A stretch of 63,086 bases of DNA, filler included, from Octopus bimaculoides (Eukaryota), in the NCBI RefSeq assembly GCF_001194135.2. It is 8 parts of 8 records of this genome, joined end to end, with 100 filler letters (N's around TTAATTAATTAA, not from the genome) between each part and the next. Parts side by side here need not be neighbours in the genome. Positions count along the whole stretch, not along the records: positions 47,944 to 54,366 come from NC_068999.1; positions 54,467 to 56,905 come from NC_069010.1; positions 57,006 to 61,649 come from NC_069006.1; positions 61,750 to 63,086 come from NW_026389719.1; 4 more parts are not named here. One strand, written 5' to 3'. Under the pieces are notes generated by a model that saw only the letters and a program-made list of their open reading frames with translations, ran no database searches and had not been told where the DNA came from. Below are positions 50,535-63,086 of this stretch, one piece after another. A program made the translations under genes and the position numbers. The first letter of the stretch is position 1. Each line of letters starts with the position of its first letter.

Positions 50535-51608
50535 TCATATATATGGAGATATGTATATGCGTACACACTCAGACGCACATATACTTATCGACCCTTATGT
50601 ATTTGTAAAAGTATATATTTATATGGGGGTTTTGACTCTTAATACGAGAGTGAAATGAACCCTTATTGTATCTCACCATGCTAGTTACATAACTATATAG
50701 TATATTTTGACAGTTACTAATAATTCAGCATGGTGGTGATCTACCGGAATATTTGGCACGTCGGACAAAATGCTTCGCTGCATTTCGTCCGTCTCTTTAC
50801 GTTTAGAGTCCAAATATACCGTGGAGATTATCTTCGCTTTTTATTTTATTTTATCGGATTTGATAAAATAAAATACTTTTCAAGTACATGGGTCGAAATA
50901 ATCAACTTGTCCATAGATTGTTGTAATTTCGGTAACTTGTGCACCTTGGAAAGCAGGTAACAGGTTTGTAAGTCTTGTGTTTGAGAGAGAGACAGAGAGA
51001 GACACAGTGAGAGAGAAAGAGAGACAGGCAGACAGACAGACAGACAGACAGAGACAGATAGACAGACAGACAGAGACAGACAGACAGACAGACAGACAGA
51101 GATAGACAGAGAGAGTGAGAAAGAGAAAAAACATTCATTTTTACCGGAGGCTTTTCTGGACCATTTTAAGAGTATATTATTTACATTATTTACATTTAAC
51201 AGATATTTGTCCTCATCTTGTTCCTTGTGAGCGCTGATGTTTGTGTGTGTGTGTATGTATGTATATATATATATATATTTATACGACAGGCTTCTTTAAG
51301 TTTCTGTCTACGAAATCCTTCATAAGACTTTGGTCGGCCTGACGCTATGGTTAAAAACACTTCCCTAAGGTGCCAGGTTGTGGGACTGAACCTGGAACCA
51401 TGTGATTGGGCAGCAACTTCTTACCACACAGCCACTCCTGCGCCTATATATGATATATAATTAATATATTATATATACATAAATCATGCACACACACACA
51501 CGTACAAGCACACACATACACCGACAAACACACACACTCATGCACAAGCACATACATACAGAACCACACACACACACGCAGAAGCACACATACACACAGA
51601 TACGCACA

Positions 51609-51651
<43 letters not shown>

Positions 51652-52981
51652 AAAGATATACACTCTGTTGGTCAATAATCAAATATTAACACACGTATAT
51701 ATCTCATATTGTCACAAGTGATCACATGTTATCACGAAGTTCATATGTACTTTTCAATGATCACACTACACTAGTCGTATTATTACGTTTAAAATATGCG
51801 AAGCCAGTCATATATATATATATCAATATGTGTGTATGTATGTGAATGTATAGAATTATGTATAGATAAATGAACATATATNNNNNNNNNNNNNNNNNNN
51901 NNNNNNNNNNNNNNNNNNNNNNNNNNNNNNNNNNNNNNNNNNNNNNNNNNNNNNNNNNNNNNNNNNNNNNNNNNNNNNNNNNNNNNNNNNNNNNNNNNNN
52001 NNNNNNNNNNNNNNNNNNNNNNNNNNNNNNNNNNNNNNNNNNNNNNNNNNNNNNNNNNNNNNNNNNNNNNNNNNNNNNNNNNNNNNNNNNNNNNNNNNNN
52101 NNNNNNNNNNNNNNNNNNNNNNNNNNNNNNNNNNNNNNNNNNNNNNNNNNNNNNNNNNNNNNNNNNNNNNNNNNNNNNNNNNNNNNNNNNNNNNNNNNNN
52201 NNNNNNNNNNNNNNNNNNNNNNNNNNNNNNNNNNNNNNNNNNNNNNNNNNNNNNNNNNNNNNNNNNNNNNNNNNNNNNNNNNNNNNNNNNNNNNNNNNNN
52301 NNNNNNNTATATGTGTGTGTATGCATGCATGCATGTATTTCTGTACCTGTGTTTTTCCACCGCCCCACCATCGCTTGACACCGATGTTGGTGTGCTTACG
52401 TCATAGTAACCTAGAGGTACGACAAGAAGGAACGATAAAATACGTACTAGGCTTACCAAGAATAAGTCCTAGGAGCGACTTGATCGACTAAAGGGCGGTG
52501 CTCCAGCGTGGCCGCAGTCAAATGACTGAAACAAATAAAAGAATATACATCCACATACATATATGTGTGTGTTTATGCGTGTGTGTGTGTGTGTGTGTGT
52601 TGTTTTCTAAGAAATGGCGGCTGCACGAAACAGCCGTCGCTCCATTTTGATAGCAACGCCGATTAATGGTTGAAGTTTGAGAGAAATGGAATTGTAATAA
52701 TCTTATGAGTAACAATAAACACGCTAACTCATATAATAATATTAATAACGACACTAAAAAGCCACAGAGCCAATATAATCGTAGAAAGAATAAAATAATA
52801 TATAATATAGGCACACGCACGCACACATATTTGCACAGTTAATTGCGAACGTAAATATATAACAAGCTATTCTGCTGATCGGCACAAACAGAACCCTAGT
52901 CACAACCGACGGAGTGCCATGTTCCTTTCTCCTTGTCTGTCTCTCTGTCTCTCTGTATGTATGTATGTATGTATGTCTGTA

Positions 52982-53013
<32 letters not shown>

Positions 53014-53819
53014 NNNNNNNNNNNNNNNNNNNNNNNNNNNNNNNNNNNNNNNNNNNNNNNNNNNNNNNNNNNNNNNNNNNNNNNNNNNNNNNNNNNNNNN
53101 NNNNNNNNNNNNNNNNNNNNNNNNNNNNNNNNNNNNNNNNNNNNNNNNNNNNNNNNNNNNNNNNNNNNNNNNNNNNNNNNNNNNNNNNNNNNNNNNNNNN
53201 NNNNNNNNNNNNNNNNNNNNNNNNNNNNNNNNNNNNNNNNNNNNNNNNNNNNNNNNNNNNNNNNNNNNNNNNNNNNNNNNNNNNNNNNNNNNNNNNNNNN
53301 NNNNNNNNNNNNNNNNNNNNNNNNNNNNNNNNNNNNNNNNNNNNNNNNNNNNNNNNNNNNNNNNNNNNNNNNNNNNNNNNNNNNNNNNNNNNNNNNNNNN
53401 NNNNNNNNNNNNNNNNNNNNNNNNNNNNNNNNNNNNNNNNNNNNNNNNNNNNNNNNNNNNNNNNNNNNNNNNNNNNNNNNNNNNNNNNNNNNNNNNNNNN
53501 NNNNNNNNNNNNNNNNNNNNNNNNNNNNNNNNNNNNNNNNNNNNNNNNNNNNNNNNNNNNNNNNNNNNNNNNNNNNNNNNNNNNNNNNNNNNNNNNNNNN
53601 NNNNNNNNNNNNNNNNNNNNNNNNNNNNNNNNNNNNNNNNNNNNNNNNNNNNNNNNNNNNNNNNNNNNNNNNNNNNNNNNNNNNNNNNNNNNNNNNNNNN
53701 NNNNNNNNNNNNNNNNNNNNNNNNNNNNNNNNNNNNNNNNNNNNNNNNNNNNNNNNNNNNNNNNNNNNNNNNNNNNNNNNNNNNNNNNNNNNNNNNNNNN
53801 NNNNNNNNNNNNNNNNNNN

Positions 53820-53856
<37 letters not shown>

Positions 53857-54744
53857 GCGTCAGTGTATGTGTGTGAGTGAGTTTCAGTGTGTTTCTGCGT
53901 GTGCGTGTGTGTGTGTCACTGCGTGTTCTTTTGTTTCTATGTGTATACGCAAGTATGTATGTGTATGTATGTATACATTGACAGTGAGGTAACACAATTC
54001 AAACTGAAGTCGATGCCGGAATGACGTGACACAAACATAATTTTATGCCTATGATGGATGGCTGTCTTCAAACAATGTGAGTTGATTGGTCTCTGTAGAT
54101 TGACTTGCTAATAAAGTCTCTAAAATTCCTTCTGTTTAGACAACGTTTATATGGCGGACGGCAGAATTTCAACTTCCCAGAGAGTAATATGTCAATGCTC
54201 TAATGAGGTCAGTCATATAATCGTGTATGTATGTGTGCATGTATGTATGTATGTATGTATGTATGTATGTATGTATGTATGTACGTATGCATGTATGTAT
54301 GTATGTATGTACGTACGTACGTATGTATGTATGTATGTATGTATGTATGTATTTCTGTGTATATATNNNNNNNNNNNNNNNNNNNNNNNNNNNNNNNNNN
54401 NNNNNNNNNNTTAATTAATTAANNNNNNNNNNNNNNNNNNNNNNNNNNNNNNNNNNNNNNNNNNNNTTTTAAAACAGGTATAACATTGTTCTTCTGGAAC
54501 CTTCTATCATTTATCTTGGACTGGGGCTATTCTGGAGCACTGCCTTGTTGAATTTAACCCTTTAGCATTTAAACCCACCATATCTGGCCAAAATAACCTA
54601 CTTGTATTATCTTCAGACTTGCCAGATCCAGCCTCTCTCACCTACCCTACACTGTCATTCTAAAAATAGACAATCACATCACTGAAATCTCAAAGCTATG
54701 AGATAATACAGGATTATTCAAGACAATATGAATAAATAAGGATT

Positions 54745-55140
54745 GCATGGGATGAAGTGGTGAGAAAGGATCTACAGACATTGGGACTCACAGAGGGGAG
54801 AACAGGGGACCATGACACCTGACAGTTTGCTGTGCTTGGAAATACACGTCAAGTAAAAGTGAGGTTGTCCTTGCATACAGGCATGTCTCCTGCGTCCCTC
54901 TTCAGCTGAGCCATTCCTTATCATGTGGACTCGTGGGTGCTGGTGCCACATAAACAGCACCCATGCCAGTGCTGCATAAAAGCACCCGGTACACTCTGTA
55001 AAGTGGTTAGTGTTAGGAAGGGCTTCCAGCTGTTGAAACCATGTCAAAACAGACTGGAGCCTGGTGCAGCTCGCTAGCTCCTGTCAAACTGTCCAACCCA
55101 TGCCAGCATGGAAAAAGGATGTTAAATAATGATGATGATA
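54745..55140 (+). mobile_element. Older RTE 3' end
   Basis: WDEVVRKDLQTLGLTE-like coding end followed by a diverged 3' UTR and GAT tail. Confidence 0.75.
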
Positions 55141-55449
55141 CACACATACATACACATATGCAACAGGCTTCTTTCAGTTTCTACCAAATCCACTCAGGGG
55201 GCTTTGGTTGGCCAAGGGCTATAGTAGAAGACACATGCCCGAGGTGCCATGCAGTGAGACTGAACTTGGAACCTTGTGGTTGGGAAATAAGCTTCTTACC
55301 ACACATCCAAGCCTTTCCAGATTACTGATCATTCCAAAGCAGAGGTGGCCACCTTAATTAACACACTTTAAGCGAATTTTAAATTTACTTCAATAATTAA
55401 ATGAAATAAAGGGACACTTGTGCCCGTGGCATGTGTAAGGACTTTCGAG

Positions 55450-56069
55450 TGAGGTCATTGCCAGTGCCCCTGGACTGGCTCTTGTGCAGGTGGCACGTAA
55501 AATACACCATTTTGAGCGTGGCTGTTGCTAGTACCGCCTGACTGGCCTTCATGCGGGTGGCACGTAAAAGCACCCACTACACTCTCTGTGTGCTTGGCGT
55601 TAGGAAGGGCATCCAGCTGTAGAAACTCTGCCAAATCAGACTGGAGCCTGGTGTAGCCATCTGGTTTCACCAGTCCTCAGTCAAACCGTCCAACCTATGC
55701 TAGCATGGAAAGCGGACGTTAAACGACGATGATGATGATGATGATGAAAGGNNNNNNNNNNNNNNNNTGAGGTCATTGCCAGTGCCCCTGGACTGGCTCT
55801 TGTGCAGGTGGCACGTAAAATACACCATTTTGAGCGTGGCTGTTGCTAGTACCGCCTGACTGGCCTTCATGCGGGTGGCACGTAAAAGCACCCACTACAC
55901 TCTCTGTGTGCTTGGCGTTAGGAAGGGCATCCAGCTGTAGAAACTCTGCCAAATCAGACTGGAGCCTGGTGTAGCCATCTGGTTTCACCAGTCCTCAGTC
56001 AAACCGTCCAACCTATGCTAGCATGGAAAGCGGACGTTAAACGACGATGATGATGATGATGATGAAAGG
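55450..56069 (+). mobile_element. RTE 3' UTR/tail, present twice around a 16-N gap
   Basis: Two essentially identical ~300-bp copies, probably one locus assembled twice. Confidence 0.8.
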
Positions 56070-56219
56070 GACCTGTACATCTTTGTGTGAATCGAGTCAT
56101 AAGAATTTTATGACCTTTCAAGAGAACAGAAGATAGTTCTGTTTTGGAATGGTGGGTCTTGAAGTGAATTTCCTGTAATGTCGGTGTACATGTTCAACAG
56201 AGAGTTGAACTAGCATTCT

Positions 56220-56470
56220 GAGAGAGAAGTTGGACATCAGAGGAATTAGATGCTGTGTGAAAGAAAGAAAGAAGGCTCTGATGGTTTGGCCATGTGATGT
56301 GGAAGGATGCCGAGAGCTCCATAAAGAAGTGGCAATCTCTCAAAGTGGATGGAACACATGGAAGTGAGAGACCCAGGAAGACATGGCGCAGAGTACTGAA
56401 GGACGACCTCAGAACACTGAACCTTTCAGGTGGGATGACAAAGGACTGAGATGCCTGGTGCCTTGCTGTA
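56220..56470 (+). mobile_element. RTE ORF 3' end remnant
   Basis: EKLDIRGIRC...WFGHVM...GRPRKTW-like sequence with frameshifts. Confidence 0.75.
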
Positions 56471-56478
56471 CTCAAGAA

Positions 56479-56560
56479 CAGTGGTTCCCAAACTATGAGT
56501 CGCGACCCACTGATGAGTCGCAAACGGAATCCTAGTGGGTCGCAAAAAGTTATAAAATTA
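56479..56560 (+). mobile_element. hAT/Charlie-like left end
   Basis: CAGTGGTTCCCAAACT followed by GGTCGCGACCCA-type subterminal repeats. Confidence 0.6.
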
Positions 56561-59070
56561 CGCATTGGCTTTGATTAACTGCTGTCTATCGAGACAGTTC
56601 AAGACTCATGTTTTCAATACCAGACTGGTTGTTTTATCAAGCAGTAGGCTTTTTTTCACAAACTTAACAAATCAGAGGTGGTCATTTTCTCAAATTATTT
56701 ATTCGTACGTAATCGTAAAAAGGAAAAGTCTGTTTTTACCTATTTCTAGAGAACTTTAACTAGGCGCAGTACAACACTGATTGAGCCGATAACAGTTACT
56801 GCTTCGGGGTTTTGTATTAGAGTTAATACCTGCCCATAGGGTATGGAGACGTTGAAACAGTTATAAAACGTTTTGTTTCACATTTAATATAAATAGTAAA
56901 AAATTNNNNNNNNNNNNNNNNNNNNNNNNNNNNNNNNNNNNNNNNNNNNTTAATTAATTAANNNNNNNNNNNNNNNNNNNNNNNNNNNNNNNNNNNNNNN
57001 NNNNNTATATAAATCATATGAACGTTTGTTGAGCACTTTTGTCAAAGGAGAAAATATTTCACTACGTCTATTTATGATATATTCTTTGAAGTATATAAAT
57101 ATCTTAATACCATGTGTATATACACAAACACACACACACACATATATATACATATACACATATATACATATACACACACACACACATATATATATACATG
57201 TATCATATATATACATACACACACACACACACACATATAGATATATATACGTATACTTATACATATATAGATACATAAATATACACATATACATGTATAT
57301 ATACAAATACACATGCATACATATATACATATACATATATATACAGATACATACATATATATACATGCATATATATATATATATATAGACATATACATAT
57401 ATATAGACATATACATATATACACATATATATGTGTGTGTGTTTGTACATGTGTGTGTGTGGGTGGGTGTGTTGGTGTGTGTCTATTGATAAAAAGACAT
57501 AAAAGCCGGTGGATAGAAGTCACCAGTCCATCAATGGTAGATCAGAGAAAGGGGAGAGCGAGTGGAATTTATTCAGGCCAGGACGCCCAGGCACTCCTTC
57601 GTTTCTTTCACCGTATGGGAAGTGCGGTGAACCAGGGATCGTTGGCTTATTGGAAGCCAATAGCCAATAACCAATCAGGCTGTCTTCTCTAAGAGACATG
57701 ATATTAACGGAAGGAGGAAAGAGAAAAAAATTGGGCTGGAGAGAGAAGACGACGAAGTACGTCTGTTAAGTGCATAAAATGGTTATGGAATTTATTAGAA
57801 TTATGCCAGAGACCATCACAAACACACACACACACGCACATACGCTCTCACATACACACGCACACACAGAAGATGAGTGAAGAGCCCAGAATGTACCGGG
57901 TATAATAATGACGATGATGATGATGCAGCATAGCTAGTGGTGGAGGCGGTAAAGGCGGTCCGCCCCAGGAGGCACTTTTGGGTCTGCTGCAGGCAATATG
58001 TGTTTGGGGGTGTTACCGGGGGCGGCAAAACGGGAGGGCTGCCCCGGCTGCACACACTCTAGCTACGCAGGTGTGATGATGATAATCCTTTCTAATATAG
58101 GCACAAGGTCTGAAATTTGGAGGATGGGGGACTAATCGATTACATCGACCCCAGTGCGTAACTGGTACTTAATTTTATCGACCCCTGAAAGGATGAAAGG
58201 CAAAGTCGACCTCGGCGGAATTTGAATTCGGAACAGATGAAATAATATCACTAAGCTGTTTTGTCTGATGCTCCAGCGATTCTACCAGCTTGCTGCTTTC
58301 AGAATCTAATCCAATGCATCCTTCGTTAAGACACATGGAATGTGATTTAAGGAGGGTATGGCTGCTATTTCTGGCAGATCAATCCAATCGACCACATAGA
58401 AGATATGAGAATGGTGGTGGTGAGGAGGGAGAGATGGTTATGATTGGGGTGGGGTTGCTACACGGTGGTGGAGGCAGCTTTGGTTTCTGCTTTTGTTCTT
58501 ATTAGTGGTGGCGAGGGAGTAGGTGGTTGTGGACACGGTTGTAGGAAGATGGTGACTGATTAGTNNNNNNNNNNNNNNNNNNNNNNNNNNNNNNNNNNNN
58601 NNNNNNNNNNNNNNNNNNNNNNNNNNNNNNNNNNNNNNNNNNNNNNNNNNNNNNNNNNNNNNNNNNNNNNNNNNNNNNNNNNNNNNNNNNNNNNNNNNNN
58701 NNNNNNNNNNNNNNNNNNNNNNNNNNNNNNNNNNNNNNNNNNNNNNNNNNNNNNNNNNNNNNNNNNNNNNNNNNNNNNNNNNNNNNNNNNNNNNNNNNNN
58801 NNNNNNNNNNNNNNNNNNNNNNNNNNNNNNNNNNNNNNNNNNNNNNNNNNNNNNNNNNNNNNNNNNNNNNNNNNNNNNNNNNNNNNNNNNNNNNNNNNNN
58901 NNNNNNNNNNNNNNNNNNNNNNNNNNNNNNNNNNNNNNNNNNNNNNNNNNNNNNNNNNNNNNNNNNNNNNNNNNNNNNNNNNNNNGCACAACAACAACAA
59001 CAACGACAGCAACACGATGACGATGACGATGATGATGATGATGATGGTGAGATGGAAAATACTGATAAAG

Positions 59071-59106
<36 letters not shown>

Positions 59107-59135
59107 CAACAACAACAACAATAATAATAATGATG

Positions 59136-59188
<53 letters not shown>

Positions 59189-60707
59189 CCTTTCAGTACA
59201 GGCACAGAGCTGAAATATGATGATGATGATGACGATGATAATGATGGTGATGATGATGAAGATGATTACAATGACGATGATGATGATAGTGAAGATGACA
59301 ACAACAATGAGGATGATTACATGGAAAACAACACCAATGGTGATGATGATGATGAAGACGATGATGATGATGATGAAGACGATGATAGCATACATAAGGC
59401 TTTCACCCCCATCCTCCCCTCCATTGTTGGTGTTTAGTCACAGATCTGCCTTCCCCCAAACCAGACTTAGAAAGATCAAATGCATTCCAAATGTGGCCAT
59501 CCCATTGTTTTTTTTTTTGTTTACATGTTATCTTTTTTTTATTCTTTGTACTTCCCACCCCCNNNNNNNNNNNNNNNNNNNNNNNNNNNNNNNNNNNNNN
59601 NNNNNNNNNNNNNNNNNNNNNNNNNNNNNNNNNNNNNNNNNNNNNNNNNNNNNNNNNNNNNNNNNNNNNNNNNNNNNNNNNNNNNNNNNNNNNNNNNNNN
59701 NNNNNNNNNNNNNNNNNNNNNNNNNNNNNNNNNNNNNNNNNNNNNNNNNNNNNNNNNNNNNNNNNNNNNNNNNNNNNNNNNNNNNNNNNNNNNNNNNNNN
59801 NNNNNNNNNNNNNNNNNNNNNNNNNNNNNNNNNNNNNNNNNNNNNNNNNNNNNNNNNNNNNNNNNNNNNNNNNNNNNNNNNNNNNNNNNNNNNNNNNNNN
59901 NNNNNNNNNNNNNNNNNNNNNNNNNNNNNNNNNNNNNNNNNNNNNNNNNNNNNNNNNNNNNNNNNNNNNNNNNNNNNNNNNNNNNNNNNNNNNNNNNNNN
60001 NNNNNNNNNNNNNNNNNNNNNNNNNNNNNNNNNNNNNNNNNNNNNNNNNNNNNNNNNNNNNNNNNNNNNNNNNNNNNNNNNNNNNNNNNNNNNNNNNNNN
60101 NNNNNNNNNNNNNNNNNNNNNNNNNNNNNNNNNNNNNNNNNNNNNNNNNNNNNNNNNNNNNNNNNNNNNNNNNNNNNNNNNNNNNNNNNNNNNNNNNNNN
60201 NNNNNNNNNNNNNNNNNNNNNNNNNNNNNNNNNNNNNNNNNNNNNNNNNNNNNNNNNNNNNNNNNNNNNNNNNNNNNNNNNNNNNNNNNNNNNNNNNNNN
60301 NNNNNNNNNNNNNNNNNNNNNNNNNNNNNNNNNNNNNNNNNNNNNNNNNNNNNNNNNNNNNNNNNNNNNNNNNNNNNNNNNNNNNNNNNNNNNNNNNNNN
60401 NNNNNNNNNNNNNNNNNNNNNNNNNNNNNNNNNNNNNNNNNNNNNNNNNNNNNNNNNNNNNNNNNNNNNNNNNNNNNNNNNNNNNNNNNNNNNNNNNNNN
60501 NNNNNNNNNNNNNNNNNNNNNNNNNNNCTATAGTAGTAGTAGTAGTGATGATGGTGGTAGTAGTAGTAGTAGTATGGTGCTGTTGGTGGTGGTTATAGTA
60601 GTAGTAATAGTGGTGGTGGTGGTGGTGGTTTTAGTAGTAGTAGTGGTCATGGTGGTAGCAGTAGTAGCAGCAGTAGTGATGGTGGTGGTAGTAGGTGGGT
60701 GTGGAGG

Positions 60708-60780
<73 letters not shown>

Positions 60781-60781
60781 C

Positions 60782-60813
<32 letters not shown>

Positions 60814-61299
60814 ATAATTTTTATATATGTGAGCATGTGTATGTACAGACGCATATGTATGTAGAGATGGATGTATTTACATACACTCACACACATACAG
60901 ATATGTATGAATGAATGTATGTATGTGTGTGTCTATGCATGTATGTATATACGTGTGTGTGTGTGTGTATGTAGTCATGTACGTGAGTCTATGTATGTAT
61001 GTATATATGTATGTATATTTCTATGTAAACAGGTGCGTGTATGTATCTGTCGATGTATGTAGGCATAAGTTACAAGGGTTAAGAAACTGGTTGGACAAGC
61101 TTTCAAACACAAAAATGTCTGTGTCCCCACCTTAAATTTTATCCATTTGAGAATTTCATTGTCAACTTTTCATTGTAATACGGAGTGGGCTTTTCCCAGG
61201 TGAGGGCCACTGACAAGTATAAGTCACTTCAATGGTGATTGATCAACTGGCCGCAAATAAATACATCACACACACACACATACATATATATATTTTATA

Positions 61300-61649
61300 T
61301 AAAATAGGAGTCATACCCAATGACTGGTGTAGCAGCATCATAGTCAACTGCTACAAAGGTAAAGGTGACGCTTTAGATACAAATAATTACAGAGGCATCA
61401 AGCTGTTAGATCAGGTTATGAAAGTTACAGAGAGGGTCATAGCCCAACTAATTAGGGAGCGAATCAATTTAGATGAGATGCAGTTTGGGTTCGTGCCAGG
61501 TAAAAGCACTACTGATGCCTTATTTCTAGTGAGACAGTTGCAGGAGAAATACCTAGCTAAGGATAAACCTCTGTACCTGGCTTTCGTTGACATGGAGAAA
61601 GCCTTTGACAGGGTCCCCCGATCCCTTATCTGGTGGTCAATGAGGAAAC
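61300..61649 (+). mobile_element. RTE-clade LINE reverse transcriptase fragment
   Basis: Stop-free GVIPNDWCSSIIVNCYKGKGDALDTNNYRGIKLL...QFGFVPGKSTTDA...LAFVDMEKAFDRVPR; truncated by a gap. Confidence 0.93.
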
Positions 61650-61754
61650 NNNNNNNNNNNNNNNNNNNNNNNNNNNNNNNNNNNNNNNNNNNNTTAATTA
61701 ATTAANNNNNNNNNNNNNNNNNNNNNNNNNNNNNNNNNNNNNNNNNNNNATATA

Positions 61755-61925
61755 TATATACGACGAGCTTTCAGTTTTCGCCTACCGAATCCACTCACAA
61801 GGCTTTGGTCAATCTGAGGCTATAGTAGAAGATACTTACCCAAGGTGCCAGCCACACAGTGGGACTGAACTCGGAACCATGTGGTTGAGAAGCAAGCTGC
61901 TTACCACGCAGCCACTCCTGCGACT
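61755..61925 (-). mobile_element. tRNA-SINE family B ending in (AT)n/(GT)n microsatellites
   Basis: Head GGAGTGGCTG.GTGGTAAG.AGCTTGCTT...GTTC.GAGTTCAGTCCC. Copies at 1-75, 23535-23700, 33365-33520, 46960-47120, 51280-51445 and 55160-55310. Confidence 0.8.
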
Positions 61926-62211
61926 TGAGGATTTTCCCAGGCAGGACTTCTCTGCTGTGATAGATTCTCCAAGGTCCAGGATTCAGTCCTTTCTACAATA
62001 GACACAAGCCCTTAAATTTGAAGAGAAAGGGCAAGTCGATTGCATGGATCCCAATACTTGACTGATACTTAATTTATCGACCCCCGAAAGGATGGAAGGC
62101 AAAGCCGACCTCGGCGGAATTTGAACTCAGAACGTTAACGTGGACGAAATGCCACTCAGCATTTTTGTCCAACGGGCTACAAGCTCACGGCCTTACTACT
62201 ACTACTACTAC

Positions 62212-62267
<56 letters not shown>

Positions 62268-62495
62268 GACCTTTTGAGCGGAATGGGTTACTCGACATGG
62301 AAAAATCTCTAACTGGGCCCCACCTGCAAGGTCATGCGCTGTTTATCTTGATATGAGATCACCATGTCGTATATATATGGCTGTAATTCATGTGCCTGGT
62401 GTACCCTTATCAGACGGGTAGTCATGATGAGTACATTGGACTTTATATATTTGTACCCCAGTGTGACTTTGATATTATGTGTTGCTCTCTCACTC

Positions 62496-62552
<57 letters not shown>

Positions 62553-63086
62553 CCTTTCTGTTAAGGCACAAAACCTGAAATTTTGGAGAAAGGGGCTGGT
62601 CGATAAGATCGATCCCACTGCTTAACTGGCATTCATTTTATCGACCCCCGAAAGGGATGAAACGCAAATCTGATCTCAGCGGTTCTTGATCATAGAACAT
62701 AAAGATCGATGAAATGACTCTAAGCATTTTATCGTGCATGCTAACGATTCTGGCAGCCTAGAGCCTAAGGATCAAACAAGTGATAACAAATTCTTCAATT
62801 TGCTGACCAACAAACTGAACAGAATATTCTTTCGGTTCATTTTTAGTTTTGGGAAACTTTTTATGTCCCATCCGAAGTCATCAGTTGGTTTATAGAATAA
62901 GTTTCTTTGTTTTTTTTGCCGTATATCGTAATGCCATCAAGACTTGGATAATTTTCGTTGCCCTTAAAAAAGAACAGAGAAGACTACAAGTAGTAAGTAC
63001 AGTCCTTAATATTGTAGTTGTTATTATTATTGTTGTTGCTGTTATTATTATTATTATTATTATTGTTCAGTAGTTTTATTTTTATA

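Noticed and set aside
55450-56069. Apparent perfect 300-bp tandem duplication
   Set aside because: The copies are identical and split by a 16-N gap; most likely unmerged contig overlap.
56505-56535. CTGATGAGTCGCAAACGGAA as a hammerhead
   Set aside because: No correct GAAA after stem II, and it lies in hAT subterminal GGGTCGC repeats.

Overview
AT-rich, repeat- and microsatellite-dense eukaryotic scaffold with many N gaps. The repeat content suggests an octopus (coleoid cephalopod) genome, which is inference only. Two host genes are supportable. (1) An ASTE1/asteroid XPG-FEN1-type nuclease with an uninterrupted 705-aa CDS on the minus strand (17298-19415). (2) A plus-strand gene the ORF track does not reveal: six GT-AG exons from 26139 to 39232, all in compatible phases, giving a 238-aa partial type-I membrane protein with an FN3-like ectodomain, one TM helix and a Tyr-motif tail. 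A compact NRF1/ETS/YY1-type motif cluster at 25.65-25.73 kb, flanked by a splice donor on each strand, lies between them. The rest is TE-derived: a near-complete Tc1, decayed hAT (Buster/Charlie) and Tigger/pogo transposases, RTE LINE pieces, several tRNA-SINE families, TTAA-flanked MITEs, a Tc1-like MITE expanded into a satellite, and three LTR copies. One LTR is followed by a triplicated tRNA-Trp primer-binding site. All alignments were done by eye and repeat boundaries are approximate.
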